DNA of 57,639 bases, from IMG/VR virus record IMGVR_UViG_3300008110_000066, positions 1-57,639 of that record; one strand, given 5' to 3'. How positions within the stretch are numbered: the first letter of the stretch is position 1; every line of letters begins with the position of its first letter. The DNA is from a virus (Duplodnaviria > Caudoviricetes). The position numbers and the translations under genes were made by a program. Shown piece by piece: positions 10,301 through 20,632 of the stretch. The notes under the pieces are model-generated. The model was not told where the DNA came from, searched no databases, and was given only the letters and a program-made list of their open reading frames with translations.

Positions 10301-12938
10301 CCCAAGTAACCCAAACGCCTCTATTCCTGTTACAGTACCATTTATACAACCATCTATAAGCCAACTACCTGTCGCTGGTAATCCGACCGTAGAACAATCT
10401 TATTTACAATACGCCACAGACGTAGAATATTTTCAGTTAATAACTGGTATTACAGTTTCTGATTTTGAAACTAACTCGGGTTATAATGGAGGTAATTCAG
10501 GTTATTTTCCAAGCTCATATTTATTTCACAACATAACATATAGAATATCATCATGTGGGGCTCCTTATAGTTTATCTCAACAAGGTTCTATTTCAGATGT
10601 TTTAAGATTTGCAACTAATTATCAAAATTATGAAGTTTGTATATTTGTTAGGGGGGTAGATCCATTCTCAGCACCACAAACTATTAAGTACGACTTGTCT
10701 AAAATTTTTGGTAATACAAATTATGGTACGGTTACAGTTGAAGGTAGTTATTATTTAAATCAACCAATACAAGCTCTACCAACTGGTTTGAAACCAACAA
10801 GTCATAATACAACAACAAACTCAAATACAACTTTATATTTTCCTTCATTTACGTTTACACCCGACCAAACTCAATTTACCGCATTTACCTCAAACCTACC
10901 TTATTTCTATTCAAGTATAGATGATACTATTTCCTCTTCTTACATTCCAGCTCCTATTTGGTCAACAAATAGTACACAAACCTCGGGTGGTTTAACAACA
11001 CTATCTTCTGTAAGATCTGTACCTCTGAGTCAAACTTCTTATATGGTGGGTGGATCATATTTAGCTTGGTGGGATACAACATTAAGTAATCAACCGTTTA
11101 TGACTACAGATAACAACCCCCCTTGTAATCAAGATTGTCAAAAAACACAATATTTTAATACAAATAATGGATCTTTCGTGACAGCACCAAACAATGGTAA
11201 CCTAACTGCTCTATATTCACCGGCTTACTATAGATACATTGGGTCAGGATCATTATCAGGACCTATTCAATTCAATTTGGCAAACTACAATCGAATAGTT
11301 ATGAGGAGTGATAGATTACCTACATCCACTGGCATACAAAATGGTGCTAATTTAAGAACAGGATACCTTTTACACCAAAATGATAATTTTTCAATTTATA
11401 CATTAACAGGTGTTTTGGAACCACCAACAATAAACACAGGTGGGGACTTACCTAATGGTGATGGTCTTGATAGTGACTCAATAACATCAGGATTAACAAG
11501 TTCTTTAACATGTGAGGGCATGGTTCCTTTGGAATGTTACTCAGGATCAGGTTCAAATGTTGGCATAATACCCTCAAATCAATGCTCGATTCCAACTAAC
11601 AGAATGATAAATGGTTGTTATTGTTTATTAAACAGGCGTTATGTTAAAGAGTATGGAGCGGATGTCAGACTATTTTTAGAGTGGAAAGTAAGGTTTACAA
11701 TGAACTTTGCCGCTTGTAGAGGAGTATTTGCACAAGTTTTCCAAAACAATTGGATCAATGGAGTTCTTTATATGTATAGTTTCAATAAAAGAACAACATT
11801 CGGATTAGACCCAACAAACCCTACCTACAACTACTGCGACGATGTTATTATATTCAATGATTTAACTAATAATTTCTTTTATAGATCATCACCATGGAAT
11901 GAACAACAACAAAAATTTATTGGTAAACAATCCCCCGCTCCTCCTAATATACCCGCACAATTTTTAGTATTTCCTGGTTTAGGTTATAATGTTAGACAAA
12001 TACAATTCCCAACTACAATTGTTGATATGGGACCGAGAGATAGTTTTATCAACGAAATATGTTGTTCTGGTGTTGACGGATTTGGTTCATATTTTGCTGA
12101 TCAATTAAAGGCAACTTCTTATCAAGACAATTCTGACATTATACAACTTGGATTCTTATCAAGAATATTGAATGAGGGTGTAAGACAAAGAATTATACCA
12201 ATAGGACAAGGTCAAAACAATACTGAAGGTAAAGGAATTGAACAATTTTTTAATAGCGATAGAGGTGGTTATAGAATTGACGGAGATTGGGCTCAAATGT
12301 TATCGATAAATTCCGAATGGAAAGTATTACCTTTTATTACTGAAAACGTGCCGAGTAATAGTTATATCTATTTTGGTGACAATTTGAATGGTCTATCTTC
12401 TGGTGTACCTTCGGATGAAATAAAACCTATCTTAGGTTTATTTTTTACCGCAAATACTCCCGAAATTAGATATCGAAAAATAATGTCACCTGGAATTGAA
12501 ACTTATAACTTCAATCCGTTAATTGAAGAGAAATTTGGATATGGTAAATCACAAGTTGTTCCTCACTATAAATGGTGGATAAAAACACCTACAACCTACG
12601 TTGGAACACCAAACATTTTTGGATCTGAAGATAATAATTGGTACACACAAACATATTCTTCAGGTTTCTTTCAGAAAAAATATCAAGATTTAGATTTTAC
12701 AACTTTGGGTGAGAAGTATATGACAACACAAACAAAATATGGATACATAGCTAGCTTTAATTTAACTGGAGGTACAATGCCAATTACACCATTGACTAAT
12801 ATACTACAAGGAGACCCTAGCACAAATTCAAGTAATGCTGTTGTTGTAGGTGCACCATACCACTTCTATTTTGGTTTGAATAATGGAAAAACTGCGATAG
12901 ATAGATTTTATAAACTTTATGTAGCAACTCAAGATTAA
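7350..12938 (+). CDS. Very large (1862 aa) baseplate/tail-associated protein with an N-terminal prealbumin-like beta-sandwich and an internal multi-helix hydrophobic block
   Basis: GVVVGRV...AKVSVF and TTNESGDFMIFGVPIG motifs; hydrophobic block at about aa 570-680; Cys- and Thr-rich; TATTTAT at 7326. Confidence 0.6.
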   Translation: MPKSYRIRTEVGVDKYINVNLEQDWESLEILSLKILADDLYTRFCADYGVVVGRVFVNNGFGLPKAKVSVFIPLEDADELDPVISELYPYKTITDTNEAGYRYNLLPKLPSYNGHQSTGSFPNVGDVLMDESYIEVYDKYYRYTVTTNESGDFMIFGVPIGNQTIVMDVDLSDIGCFSLSPQDLIQQGLATETQVNGSTFRTSTNLRELPQIKNLVFDVDVRPFWGDAELCQVGITRVDFDLTKQANINIQPTSIFMGSIISTTDDDALKVSCKPKNNTGNLCELVSGPGEIKSVRQTINTDSNGLPLLEVYDIEEEGKVIDGDGTFLMNVPMNLDYVFTNEFGQQVLSDDPSKGIPTKGKYRFKFKWQNDQGLQGNFQRADFLVPNVKEYGWTGNSDPFNQNPTTFTYPQIPIGSTTGTTYTSPSSVGLSNPVTINVESYSIYINGVVYTGTLNSITLNQNDTLLIVATPVDPTQAQDISFTEYPLQLFKLLKSYAFSTDWDDYVNPQEAIDCEDTFYEFKYNKVYTTAMFLDRYKNGVGRAKHLGIKEIDNRTCKSTVNTFPVNDIIRNFDFIFFVFNILINILTFPILVLLFVAHLIALLWPILKYLLLFLGPFIIAMGVQAGVDLAYYIAETFAFTPLGGPVVNFGTYLQIIAKGIYALALVAAGVVFTIFYTKFFKESLDNGRVSNFPRIGLPMIAYPDCTSCDCQCGNATIEDGFDENDIQQEIQDAQDDLGDSSSGFGYDITFAEPNTVLAPLSSPITYEFDHPNLQVNQDGDDPYDCGGASPIFKSLQTLIGNDDIVPDLAVRAVLDFKRLASGYDVLSSTDPNAYYTEFYLLHAPQPFLFSGKDSAGSDERFFGYPTSVTLPQKLNDFNTRDKYFYSNTSSAAGTGVNRIKTTVNPGLSSNFFEDQVLVVLMNAGTASQIGVGGVCTFQDPKYTDSQSSNRLINLTGATTNQFNNTAITGTTLTGQTSVTINYANPSNPNASIPVTVPFIQPSISQLPVAGNPTVEQSYLQYATDVEYFQLITGITVSDFETNSGYNGGNSGYFPSSYLFHNITYRISSCGAPYSLSQQGSISDVLRFATNYQNYEVCIFVRGVDPFSAPQTIKYDLSKIFGNTNYGTVTVEGSYYLNQPIQALPTGLKPTSHNTTTNSNTTLYFPSFTFTPDQTQFTAFTSNLPYFYSSIDDTISSSYIPAPIWSTNSTQTSGGLTTLSSVRSVPLSQTSYMVGGSYLAWWDTTLSNQPFMTTDNNPPCNQDCQKTQYFNTNNGSFVTAPNNGNLTALYSPAYYRYIGSGSLSGPIQFNLANYNRIVMRSDRLPTSTGIQNGANLRTGYLLHQNDNFSIYTLTGVLEPPTINTGGDLPNGDGLDSDSITSGLTSSLTCEGMVPLECYSGSGSNVGIIPSNQCSIPTNRMINGCYCLLNRRYVKEYGADVRLFLEWKVRFTMNFAACRGVFAQVFQNNWINGVLYMYSFNKRTTFGLDPTNPTYNYCDDVIIFNDLTNNFFYRSSPWNEQQQKFIGKQSPAPPNIPAQFLVFPGLGYNVRQIQFPTTIVDMGPRDSFINEICCSGVDGFGSYFADQLKATSYQDNSDIIQLGFLSRILNEGVRQRIIPIGQGQNNTEGKGIEQFFNSDRGGYRIDGDWAQMLSINSEWKVLPFITENVPSNSYIYFGDNLNGLSSGVPSDEIKPILGLFFTANTPEIRYRKIMSPGIETYNFNPLIEEKFGYGKSQVVPHYKWWIKTPTTYVGTPNIFGSEDNNWYTQTYSSGFFQKKYQDLDFTTLGEKYMTTQTKYGYIASFNLTGGTMPITPLTNILQGDPSTNSSNAVVVGAPYHFYFGLNNGKTAIDRFYKLYVATQD

Positions 12939-12939
12939 G

Positions 12940-14739
12940 ATGACAGTTGATCCATCATATAGAATAATACTATCCACAGAAAGATTTAAATCAGCTCCGA
13001 GAACTGATCAAGCAATCAATGTGCCGTTCGCTCAATCAATGAAAGAAATTATTGAGTTTGACCGATCTATTGATTTGAATTTAGTTGATGTATTTGATCA
13101 AGAAAGACAAACATGTACAATTTTCAGACCTGTAACTAAGTTTACAATTCTTTTTGAAAACGCCTTTACTGGATCAACAGTTTATGAACCTTTTAGGGAT
13201 AATTTGTATTACACTAACCCAATCAATAATGCGTCTTCATACTACCCTTCAGGTAATGTACCATCTGTACCACCATTACCTACAGATCAAACTATTCCTT
13301 GGGAAGGGTTTCCACAATATCCTGAATTTGATTTCATAAGAACTGATAAAGATGTTGTTGGATACACTTATCCACCAAATAACCATTTGAATTTTAAAAA
13401 CGTTAGTGCCTCAACTTATAATTGGTCTCATTATATTAGTTATGCTTATGGTAATGTTTATAACAAAACTCTTTTTACGGTTGAACCTGACAGTAATATA
13501 AATTGGACTTGGGTTGCATCAGACGGAATTCCTTTTTACATTGTTGAAGGTAGCGATAAATTACTAACTAATATAACATTCAAATGCCCCGTTGAACATG
13601 GTTTGACAGTTGGAGAATTTGTTTATATGTCAATTAACTACAATGGTAATCAGATGTTTCAGGTCTCAAGTTTAGGAGATCCTGCTTATGGATCAAATCT
13701 TTACATTTTTAACTTAAGAAATGTTGGTTATACAGGTAGTACTTTTGTTACCAACACCCAAGGAACATTTAAAAGAGTTATAAACGCTGCTAATTCTGCT
13801 GATACAATAAGTGAATATTACATTAGAAAACATAAAATAATGACTACACCTGATTGTACAGTATTATCTAACGCAGGATTTGAGAGGAACATCTATGGGG
13901 ACAAAACAAAATGTGAAATAAAATCTTTAACACCCAATCAGAAACAAAGAACATCAGTTAAAGAAGGATCAAGATCTTACACTTTAGCGTTCAATTGCGA
14001 TATTGATATTGAAGGATTGAAAGACAACCAAGGCAGACCATTGACAGAATTATTTTTTACCTCAATTTGGAGAGGATATTTTGGTTGGACAAGAAATTTG
14101 AAACAAGGTTGGTACTTCAACACCTATTTAGAAAATAAAAAACCTCAAACATGGTGGGACAACAGCAATGTTAATTCAAACGTTACAATACCACAATATT
14201 CTTACAACTCATTATTGAATAAAGGTCCTTTTTTTTATAATTCATTTTTAACCTCAGGTGATACTATTGACGGTGATTTTTGTGAATGGAATGACTACAA
14301 TCAATTTGAGAGAGTAATTTCAATTTACCAACATAAAATAAAATATAATGAAAATTGGTTTAGGTTAGACAACCCATTACCAACATCTAATCAACCTGGT
14401 TATTTTTACAGACCACATAACCCGATTCAAATAGGTGCATTTTCTGAATATATTGAAGAAGGGAGTTCAACAAACGTTGTCGGAATACCTGACTATGCTT
14501 ACTACTCAACATTATCGGCTCTATTTAGGTGGAGAGATAAATACCCTTATGGTTATGTTGATACAGACGGTGTTGGTGTTGATTTTCCATATTTAAATAA
14601 TGCTCACTATCCTTTTATAGATACTATTTTTAGAATTACACCTGAAGATTATAATATCCCAAGTGATTATGCATCATTAGGATCGGTTCCTGCGAACATA
14701 ACTACAATATCTGACCCTGTTGCCGATGAATGCGAGTAA
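12940..14739 (+). CDS. Putative virion structural (baseplate/tail) protein
   Basis: 599 aa ORF coupled to the upstream gene, aromatic/Asn/Thr-rich, within the structural cluster. Confidence 0.55.
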   Translation: MTVDPSYRIILSTERFKSAPRTDQAINVPFAQSMKEIIEFDRSIDLNLVDVFDQERQTCTIFRPVTKFTILFENAFTGSTVYEPFRDNLYYTNPINNASSYYPSGNVPSVPPLPTDQTIPWEGFPQYPEFDFIRTDKDVVGYTYPPNNHLNFKNVSASTYNWSHYISYAYGNVYNKTLFTVEPDSNINWTWVASDGIPFYIVEGSDKLLTNITFKCPVEHGLTVGEFVYMSINYNGNQMFQVSSLGDPAYGSNLYIFNLRNVGYTGSTFVTNTQGTFKRVINAANSADTISEYYIRKHKIMTTPDCTVLSNAGFERNIYGDKTKCEIKSLTPNQKQRTSVKEGSRSYTLAFNCDIDIEGLKDNQGRPLTELFFTSIWRGYFGWTRNLKQGWYFNTYLENKKPQTWWDNSNVNSNVTIPQYSYNSLLNKGPFFYNSFLTSGDTIDGDFCEWNDYNQFERVISIYQHKIKYNENWFRLDNPLPTSNQPGYFYRPHNPIQIGAFSEYIEEGSSTNVVGIPDYAYYSTLSALFRWRDKYPYGYVDTDGVGVDFPYLNNAHYPFIDTIFRITPEDYNIPSDYASLGSVPANITTISDPVADECE

Positions 14740-15535
14740 GATTAAAATATTAAAAACAGATCTTGATCAATTTGTAAATGTCCCTGTGAACATGCAGTGG
14801 GATTTTTTAGGTAGAGATGACAGTATTTCGGAATATGAAACAGATGTTCTTAGAAGAGTTATTGGTTTACCTATTGATTTTGAAATTGCAAAATTTGATC
14901 ATAACGTATTTCCAAATATGGATTCGGCAATCAACTACGAATTTTATTTTTATGATGATTTACAACCAATAACCGCAAATACAATTCCTCTAACTGCATG
15001 GACGGTTTCATATTTAAATAATGGATTTAGTGCTGAGGAAGTCTATTATTACGCAAAACCGTTTACTAAATCATTCTTCAAGCTTGACTTGTATGATACT
15101 ACCGAAGAAAGAACACAACAAATATATTTGTCCATAATATTACCTGTACAACAAGGACAAACTCAAACAGTAAGTTTATCACCAATTACTCCACCGGTTG
15201 AAATTAAAAAACCAAAAATGAACTTAGATTATATTGGTGATAAAGAAGGATTTGCAATTTATTGGTTAAGATATAGAGATTTTATCGATATAGATACTTT
15301 CTTCATGACCGCCAAATTTTTTGATGCAAGATTAGGAGTGTTCAAACAAATGACAAATACGGTACAAACCTCAATAACTCCAAATAAATTTAATTTTAAT
15401 AATGCGGATTATTTCTACTATAGAGTAGATTTAAATTATAATGACAAAACATACGAAGTGTTTTCAATACCAACAAATCAAAGAATTGGGGATACAGTAA
15501 CACCGATAAAGTTTTTTGAATATGTGAACCCATAA
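14726..15535 (+). CDS. Putative virion structural protein
   Basis: ORF overlapping both neighbours; ATG at 14726 preferred over TTG at 14720. Confidence 0.5.
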   Translation: MNASKIKILKTDLDQFVNVPVNMQWDFLGRDDSISEYETDVLRRVIGLPIDFEIAKFDHNVFPNMDSAINYEFYFYDDLQPITANTIPLTAWTVSYLNNGFSAEEVYYYAKPFTKSFFKLDLYDTTEERTQQIYLSIILPVQQGQTQTVSLSPITPPVEIKKPKMNLDYIGDKEGFAIYWLRYRDFIDIDTFFMTAKFFDARLGVFKQMTNTVQTSITPNKFNFNNADYFYYRVDLNYNDKTYEVFSIPTNQRIGDTVTPIKFFEYVNP

Positions 15536-16710
15536 TGGAATTACAGGAATATAAATTCATAGTTTCACCTGAAAATATTAAAAGTGATATTATTTTCGTA
15601 ACCTACACAGGAGATACTGATATTACGACAATTATAGATCCTTGTTGTCTTACGGCGTCTACTTTTAGTGCGACTACAACAGGAACTACTGGTGTGTATC
15701 TTCCAATGGATTATCTTTTATCAGGGAATACTGGTGGAACATCTTTTCTAACGGGTTTATCTGTCAACATTATGATTACCGAATCGGCTGTTGATATTGG
15801 TTGGTATACACCAACCGACGGTTTAATTTTACAGGCAGACGTTTTGAATAACTTCATTGTAACCGCGAATACTTTGAATCCCTACACATTTACATTTTAT
15901 AATACTTCGGATTTAGAACTAATAAAATTCTTACAACTTGTAACGTATACTTTAGATTGGGGAGATGGTTCACCACAACAACCTGTTTTAGGTATTACAC
16001 CAATAACACACATTTATCCAACAGCACCAAACAATTATACAGTCACGTTAATCGCAAATTCTCCTTGGGGAATCTCAAAAGTACAAAAAATAGTTAATGT
16101 TCCATATACAAATGCTGTTATATCTAACCCTCAAGGGTCTATAACTTTTTTTCCTGCGGGTGGGAATTGGACAGGGTCTCCTATAAGTTATGATTATATT
16201 TTTACGGGAGATTCTAACACAAATATTAACGATTACTATTCCTATAACTACACATCGGTACCTTTTGTTGTTTCTGGTTATACACAATCAACATTAAATG
16301 ATATCGCACAATTTGGACCAAAAATAAATTTAGCGGGAGGTAAATATAAATTAGGAATACAGGTTACAGGTACAACAGGTGCCATAGGGACCTATTGGGG
16401 AGTAGACCAAACAAACACATATTCTGCATATACTATAAATGGTATTAACTACTTTGATTATGAAGATTTTACAATTTATGTTACAGATTCCTATGGTCTT
16501 GTACCTGGTGAAATTGTATTGAGTGCCATTACAAAAAATGAGGCTTTATTAAATGTCATTGACCAACCAGAAATTATAACTAATGTTTATATTGAACGAG
16601 GTAAGTATACACCATTAGAAAATGTAATGAGAATAGGAGAAGTCGATAATGTCGGGGACTTAGAAAAATACGGATACAAATATTTCAATGTAGAAAAAGT
16701 ATCAACATAA
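15535..16710 (+). CDS. PKD-domain structural protein
   Basis: YTLDWGDGS...THIY...YTVTLIA is a PKD/Ig-like signature. Confidence 0.65.
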   Translation: MELQEYKFIVSPENIKSDIIFVTYTGDTDITTIIDPCCLTASTFSATTTGTTGVYLPMDYLLSGNTGGTSFLTGLSVNIMITESAVDIGWYTPTDGLILQADVLNNFIVTANTLNPYTFTFYNTSDLELIKFLQLVTYTLDWGDGSPQQPVLGITPITHIYPTAPNNYTVTLIANSPWGISKVQKIVNVPYTNAVISNPQGSITFFPAGGNWTGSPISYDYIFTGDSNTNINDYYSYNYTSVPFVVSGYTQSTLNDIAQFGPKINLAGGKYKLGIQVTGTTGAIGTYWGVDQTNTYSAYTINGINYFDYEDFTIYVTDSYGLVPGEIVLSAITKNEALLNVIDQPEIITNVYIERGKYTPLENVMRIGEVDNVGDLEKYGYKYFNVEKVST

Positions 16711-16739
16711 CTATTTATTAAAAAAAAGAAAAAAACAAA

Positions 16740-17645
16740 ATGGCAACAGGCAATTACGGAACAATAAGACCATCAGATGTTAGTCCTGAAGACGTAGAAA
16801 TCGTTATGGTTTATACCGAATCGAGGGACGACACGCAAAATTTTACACTTACAACTTTGAATGCTCAAGACGTTCTTAGACCATATTTTAATAATGATGC
16901 TACAGGTGGTGATACTGTTGAGGTTTTAGGTGGTTTGTACAATTTGAAATTACCGGCAGATCAATTTAATAAGTTAGGTATATACACTCTTATGATAAGA
17001 CCTGCTCAAATTAGAACTTTAATAACTGATTGTGGTGTTTTATCCTCTCTACCAAATGTAAAAGGTATAGTCATTGACTTGAATAATGTACCAACACAAT
17101 ATAAAAATAAATTTGTTAATCAAGGATTGGTAGGATTTAGAGTTGAGTACTTAAATCCCGACGGAACAAAAATTCCTAACTTTTTTAGAATAATAACTTC
17201 CTCATTTTACTGTGAACCAGTCATTCAAAACTTAACAAACACAATTCAAAAATCTATCAGATATAGATATGTAGAAGGAGCAACTAATTTATTGTTTTGT
17301 ACGTTGTCACCATCATCATCCCCCACTAATAAACCAAGTGCCACTCCATATATAGGACAACCAAATCAAAATATTATAATTACAAATACATTTTTTAATC
17401 CTATATCTACTGAAATTGAAATTGTTGATCAAGATATCTCAACCCTTGCAATTGCACTTTACGGTAATCAGACTAAGTCTATTGAAGATGGTATTTACAC
17501 AATCTACGATTCGGATAACAACATTTACAAACAATACAACTTGTATGAAATCAAAGATCAGTTTAATACGTTACTTTATGAAGTTAGACAAGATCGTGGT
17601 GAGAATATTGATTTCTCTAAAGCTTTTAATAATATAACTGCTTAA
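16740..17645 (+). CDS. Putative virion structural protein
   Basis: 301 aa ORF with TATTTAT at 16712; structural context. Confidence 0.5.
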   Translation: MATGNYGTIRPSDVSPEDVEIVMVYTESRDDTQNFTLTTLNAQDVLRPYFNNDATGGDTVEVLGGLYNLKLPADQFNKLGIYTLMIRPAQIRTLITDCGVLSSLPNVKGIVIDLNNVPTQYKNKFVNQGLVGFRVEYLNPDGTKIPNFFRIITSSFYCEPVIQNLTNTIQKSIRYRYVEGATNLLFCTLSPSSSPTNKPSATPYIGQPNQNIIITNTFFNPISTEIEIVDQDISTLAIALYGNQTKSIEDGIYTIYDSDNNIYKQYNLYEIKDQFNTLLYEVRQDRGENIDFSKAFNNITA

Positions 17646-20632
17646 TGGCAATAAATAAATTTACTTGTCCGCCTCAGAGTAGCGCAGCCAATCAATTCTC
17701 AAATAATTTGGTGGGTGTTCAGTTAGTAACTGGTGGTGGTTTAACGCAAGCAAATTTTAACTTCACAACAAATATTACTGAAAAACAAAACCGAACATTT
17801 ACTATCGGTACATTTTCAGACCCAATAAATCTTGAGTCAATAAATATTGAAAACAATATTGAGGCTGCGGATATATTGGCCAACAACTATAGGGTTTATC
17901 CTAATTATGATCTTTCACAAGTTACTAACTTTACACAATACGGTTCATTAACAAAAAGATTTTCAGTATCCATTACAAAAATAATAAATTATTTTCCTGC
18001 GGCATTGGAGGTGTCTCCCCAAACAGCCAGTTTTATAACACAAGAAACCGCAATAAATATTTCCTACGACCCGGTAGAAGATGATACAACTTTTGAAATT
18101 ACTCTTTCTTCAATAAGAAACCCGTTTGATATAGACTATTCAATTAACGCAGACACAAATTCTTTATTCAACGAAAATGAAGTTTCTCCATTAAGAAACT
18201 TAAAACGAGAGTTTAAGAAATATGCTTTAATTATTGGTGGTAATGAATATCCAGTAAATTATATTTATCCAACCGACAGTTTATCAACCACATTAAAACT
18301 TATCGTTGATGGTAACCCATTTAATGGTAATCAAATATCTTACGATTATTTAGTTATTAGACCAAACAATTATGAGGTTAATAGAGTTTTTAATTTGAAC
18401 TTTGATGCGGTTGAAAACTTTTTGTTGAATAGACAAATCACACCGGCCTACACCGCAACTTTAAAAGTACCAAAAGAACAAGATAATGGTACATACAAAA
18501 TTACAACAGAATTAGTAACATTCCCAAGAGCTGGTTTATGGAATTTAGATATCATAAGTGCAAGTTTTGATAATTATTTGAATCAATTAAATGATTTTGC
18601 TACAAGTTTAGATGAGTATACTACAAATATAGTATCAAGATTTTTAACTACAGGGGCTTTAAAAGAGTTTGACACCCCTGATCAAAGATTTGAAAAATTA
18701 TTACAAATTTACGGAAGAAGTTTTGACGAAACAAAAACATTCATATCTGCATTAGGTAATATGAATAGTGTTCATTATACAGTTAAAAATGACATACCTT
18801 CTCAACTTTTAAAAAATTTAGCTCAAACTTTAGGGTGGGTTACTAATTTCTCACCAATATCTAATGAAGAACTTTTACAGGCGGTATTCACAACTCAACC
18901 AAACAGATTTCCTGGTTTACAAATAGGACCAACACCTGAAGAATTAAATTACCAATTCTATCGTAACTTGATTTTGAATTCTGCGTACCTATTTAAGTCC
19001 AAAGGAACTAGAAAATCAATTGAGTGTCTTTTAAGAATGGTTGGTGCACCTGAAGCTTTGATAGATTTCAATGAACACATTTATGTTGCCGATCAAAGGA
19101 TTAACATGAGTGAGTTTACAAAACAATATTATCAAATTACTGGCGGTACATATGTTGAACAATTACCCGTTTTACAGGGGGATAATACATTTTCAATTCA
19201 GGGAATTCAATACACTGGTTTTACAACAACTTCAACTAATATCAATGTTTTAACTACTAGAGGAGACTATCCGGTTGATGATTTGGGTTGTCCAAAAATG
19301 CCAACACCAACTGAAGAGTATTTCTTCCAAATTGGTGGAGGTTGGTATGAATCAACACCTGATCACAGAATGCCTGAATTCGCAGTACCAACAAATATTG
19401 TGTTTACAGGTAATAACCCAAATTTTCAAACTCAACTTTTACCTTTTAATTATGGTGAAGAATATCTTAGTAGATATAGAAACTTCCCATACATGAATTT
19501 AGGGTTTAAATTAAGACGAATACAAGACAATAAAAAAAGTTGGGTAGACACTGACCCTACATTACGAGTTAGTTCTGATGGTGGTTTTACTGCGTACTAT
19601 GAGGTTGGTGAAGAATGTTTAACATTGAACGTAAAAAATACCGACATAATGATGAATCCTGCACAAGGATTAGTTTATGATGTTTGGTCAATGTCAAGAC
19701 AATACAATTTCCCAATACCTGAACAAGGTTTATTTTACACACCACCGTCTCCTTGTGATATACCTAACCCGTACCCAAAATTAGGTGGAGTTGATTGGAC
19801 AACTATAGTACCAAAACCCAAACAAAAAACTTTCTTTGAGTTTGCCCAAACATTTTGGAGAAATATGGTCAACACTCGTAATCGTCAATTTATTACTGAC
19901 GGTAAAACAGGAGGTTACCCAACTTTACAGTCAATATATTGGAGATATTTAGAATCTCAAAATTTGGCAGGAATACAAAATGATAATTTCACCTATCAAA
20001 CCATGATAGACTATGTTAATGGTATGGGTGATTATTGGATAAGATTAGTTGAACAAATGGTTCCTGCAACTACAATATGGAACACAGGTGTCAGATTGGA
20101 AAATTCAGTTCTTCATAGACAAAAATATGTTTGGAGAAGACAACCTGGATGTAAGTTTATTCCAGTTCCTTGTAAACCTTGTAACTTGACGACTGAACTT
20201 TATGTTTTTGATTGTCCTGTACAAGAGGTAATTTGTGGATTATATCCTTGGAACAGTGATCCACAAGCTTCATCCTTTGGTGTTGTTTTAACTCAAACTT
20301 TAGAAGGATTTTACATTGACAACGGATTAAATCCATCAACTTGTCAAATAAATACTGTAGTGGTCGATTGGTATGTAGATATTAGACTTAACAGCGTTGT
20401 TTTAACACAATACCAATTTTTAACAACCGTTGGGCCATCTCAATACCCAACAAGTACACAATGGGTCAATGCATTACAGACCGCATTAGGTAGTTTACTA
20501 ACATCAGGATATAGTTATAATATTGATGAAGATAATGAACAGGTGATCGTATTTAACAATAATTGTCAACCAAATTTTGATGACATCCAAATAAACGTAG
20601 GACTCGAGTTCGATATATATTGTAACGGATAA
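17645..20632 (+). CDS. Baseplate protein with a P2 gpI / T4 gp7-like wedge domain
   Basis: IPSQLLKNLAQTLGW...LFKSKGTRKSIECLLRMVG matches the tail_P2_I-like pattern. Confidence 0.65.
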   Translation: MAINKFTCPPQSSAANQFSNNLVGVQLVTGGGLTQANFNFTTNITEKQNRTFTIGTFSDPINLESINIENNIEAADILANNYRVYPNYDLSQVTNFTQYGSLTKRFSVSITKIINYFPAALEVSPQTASFITQETAINISYDPVEDDTTFEITLSSIRNPFDIDYSINADTNSLFNENEVSPLRNLKREFKKYALIIGGNEYPVNYIYPTDSLSTTLKLIVDGNPFNGNQISYDYLVIRPNNYEVNRVFNLNFDAVENFLLNRQITPAYTATLKVPKEQDNGTYKITTELVTFPRAGLWNLDIISASFDNYLNQLNDFATSLDEYTTNIVSRFLTTGALKEFDTPDQRFEKLLQIYGRSFDETKTFISALGNMNSVHYTVKNDIPSQLLKNLAQTLGWVTNFSPISNEELLQAVFTTQPNRFPGLQIGPTPEELNYQFYRNLILNSAYLFKSKGTRKSIECLLRMVGAPEALIDFNEHIYVADQRINMSEFTKQYYQITGGTYVEQLPVLQGDNTFSIQGIQYTGFTTTSTNINVLTTRGDYPVDDLGCPKMPTPTEEYFFQIGGGWYESTPDHRMPEFAVPTNIVFTGNNPNFQTQLLPFNYGEEYLSRYRNFPYMNLGFKLRRIQDNKKSWVDTDPTLRVSSDGGFTAYYEVGEECLTLNVKNTDIMMNPAQGLVYDVWSMSRQYNFPIPEQGLFYTPPSPCDIPNPYPKLGGVDWTTIVPKPKQKTFFEFAQTFWRNMVNTRNRQFITDGKTGGYPTLQSIYWRYLESQNLAGIQNDNFTYQTMIDYVNGMGDYWIRLVEQMVPATTIWNTGVRLENSVLHRQKYVWRRQPGCKFIPVPCKPCNLTTELYVFDCPVQEVICGLYPWNSDPQASSFGVVLTQTLEGFYIDNGLNPSTCQINTVVVDWYVDIRLNSVVLTQYQFLTTVGPSQYPTSTQWVNALQTALGSLLTSGYSYNIDEDNEQVIVFNNNCQPNFDDIQINVGLEFDIYCNG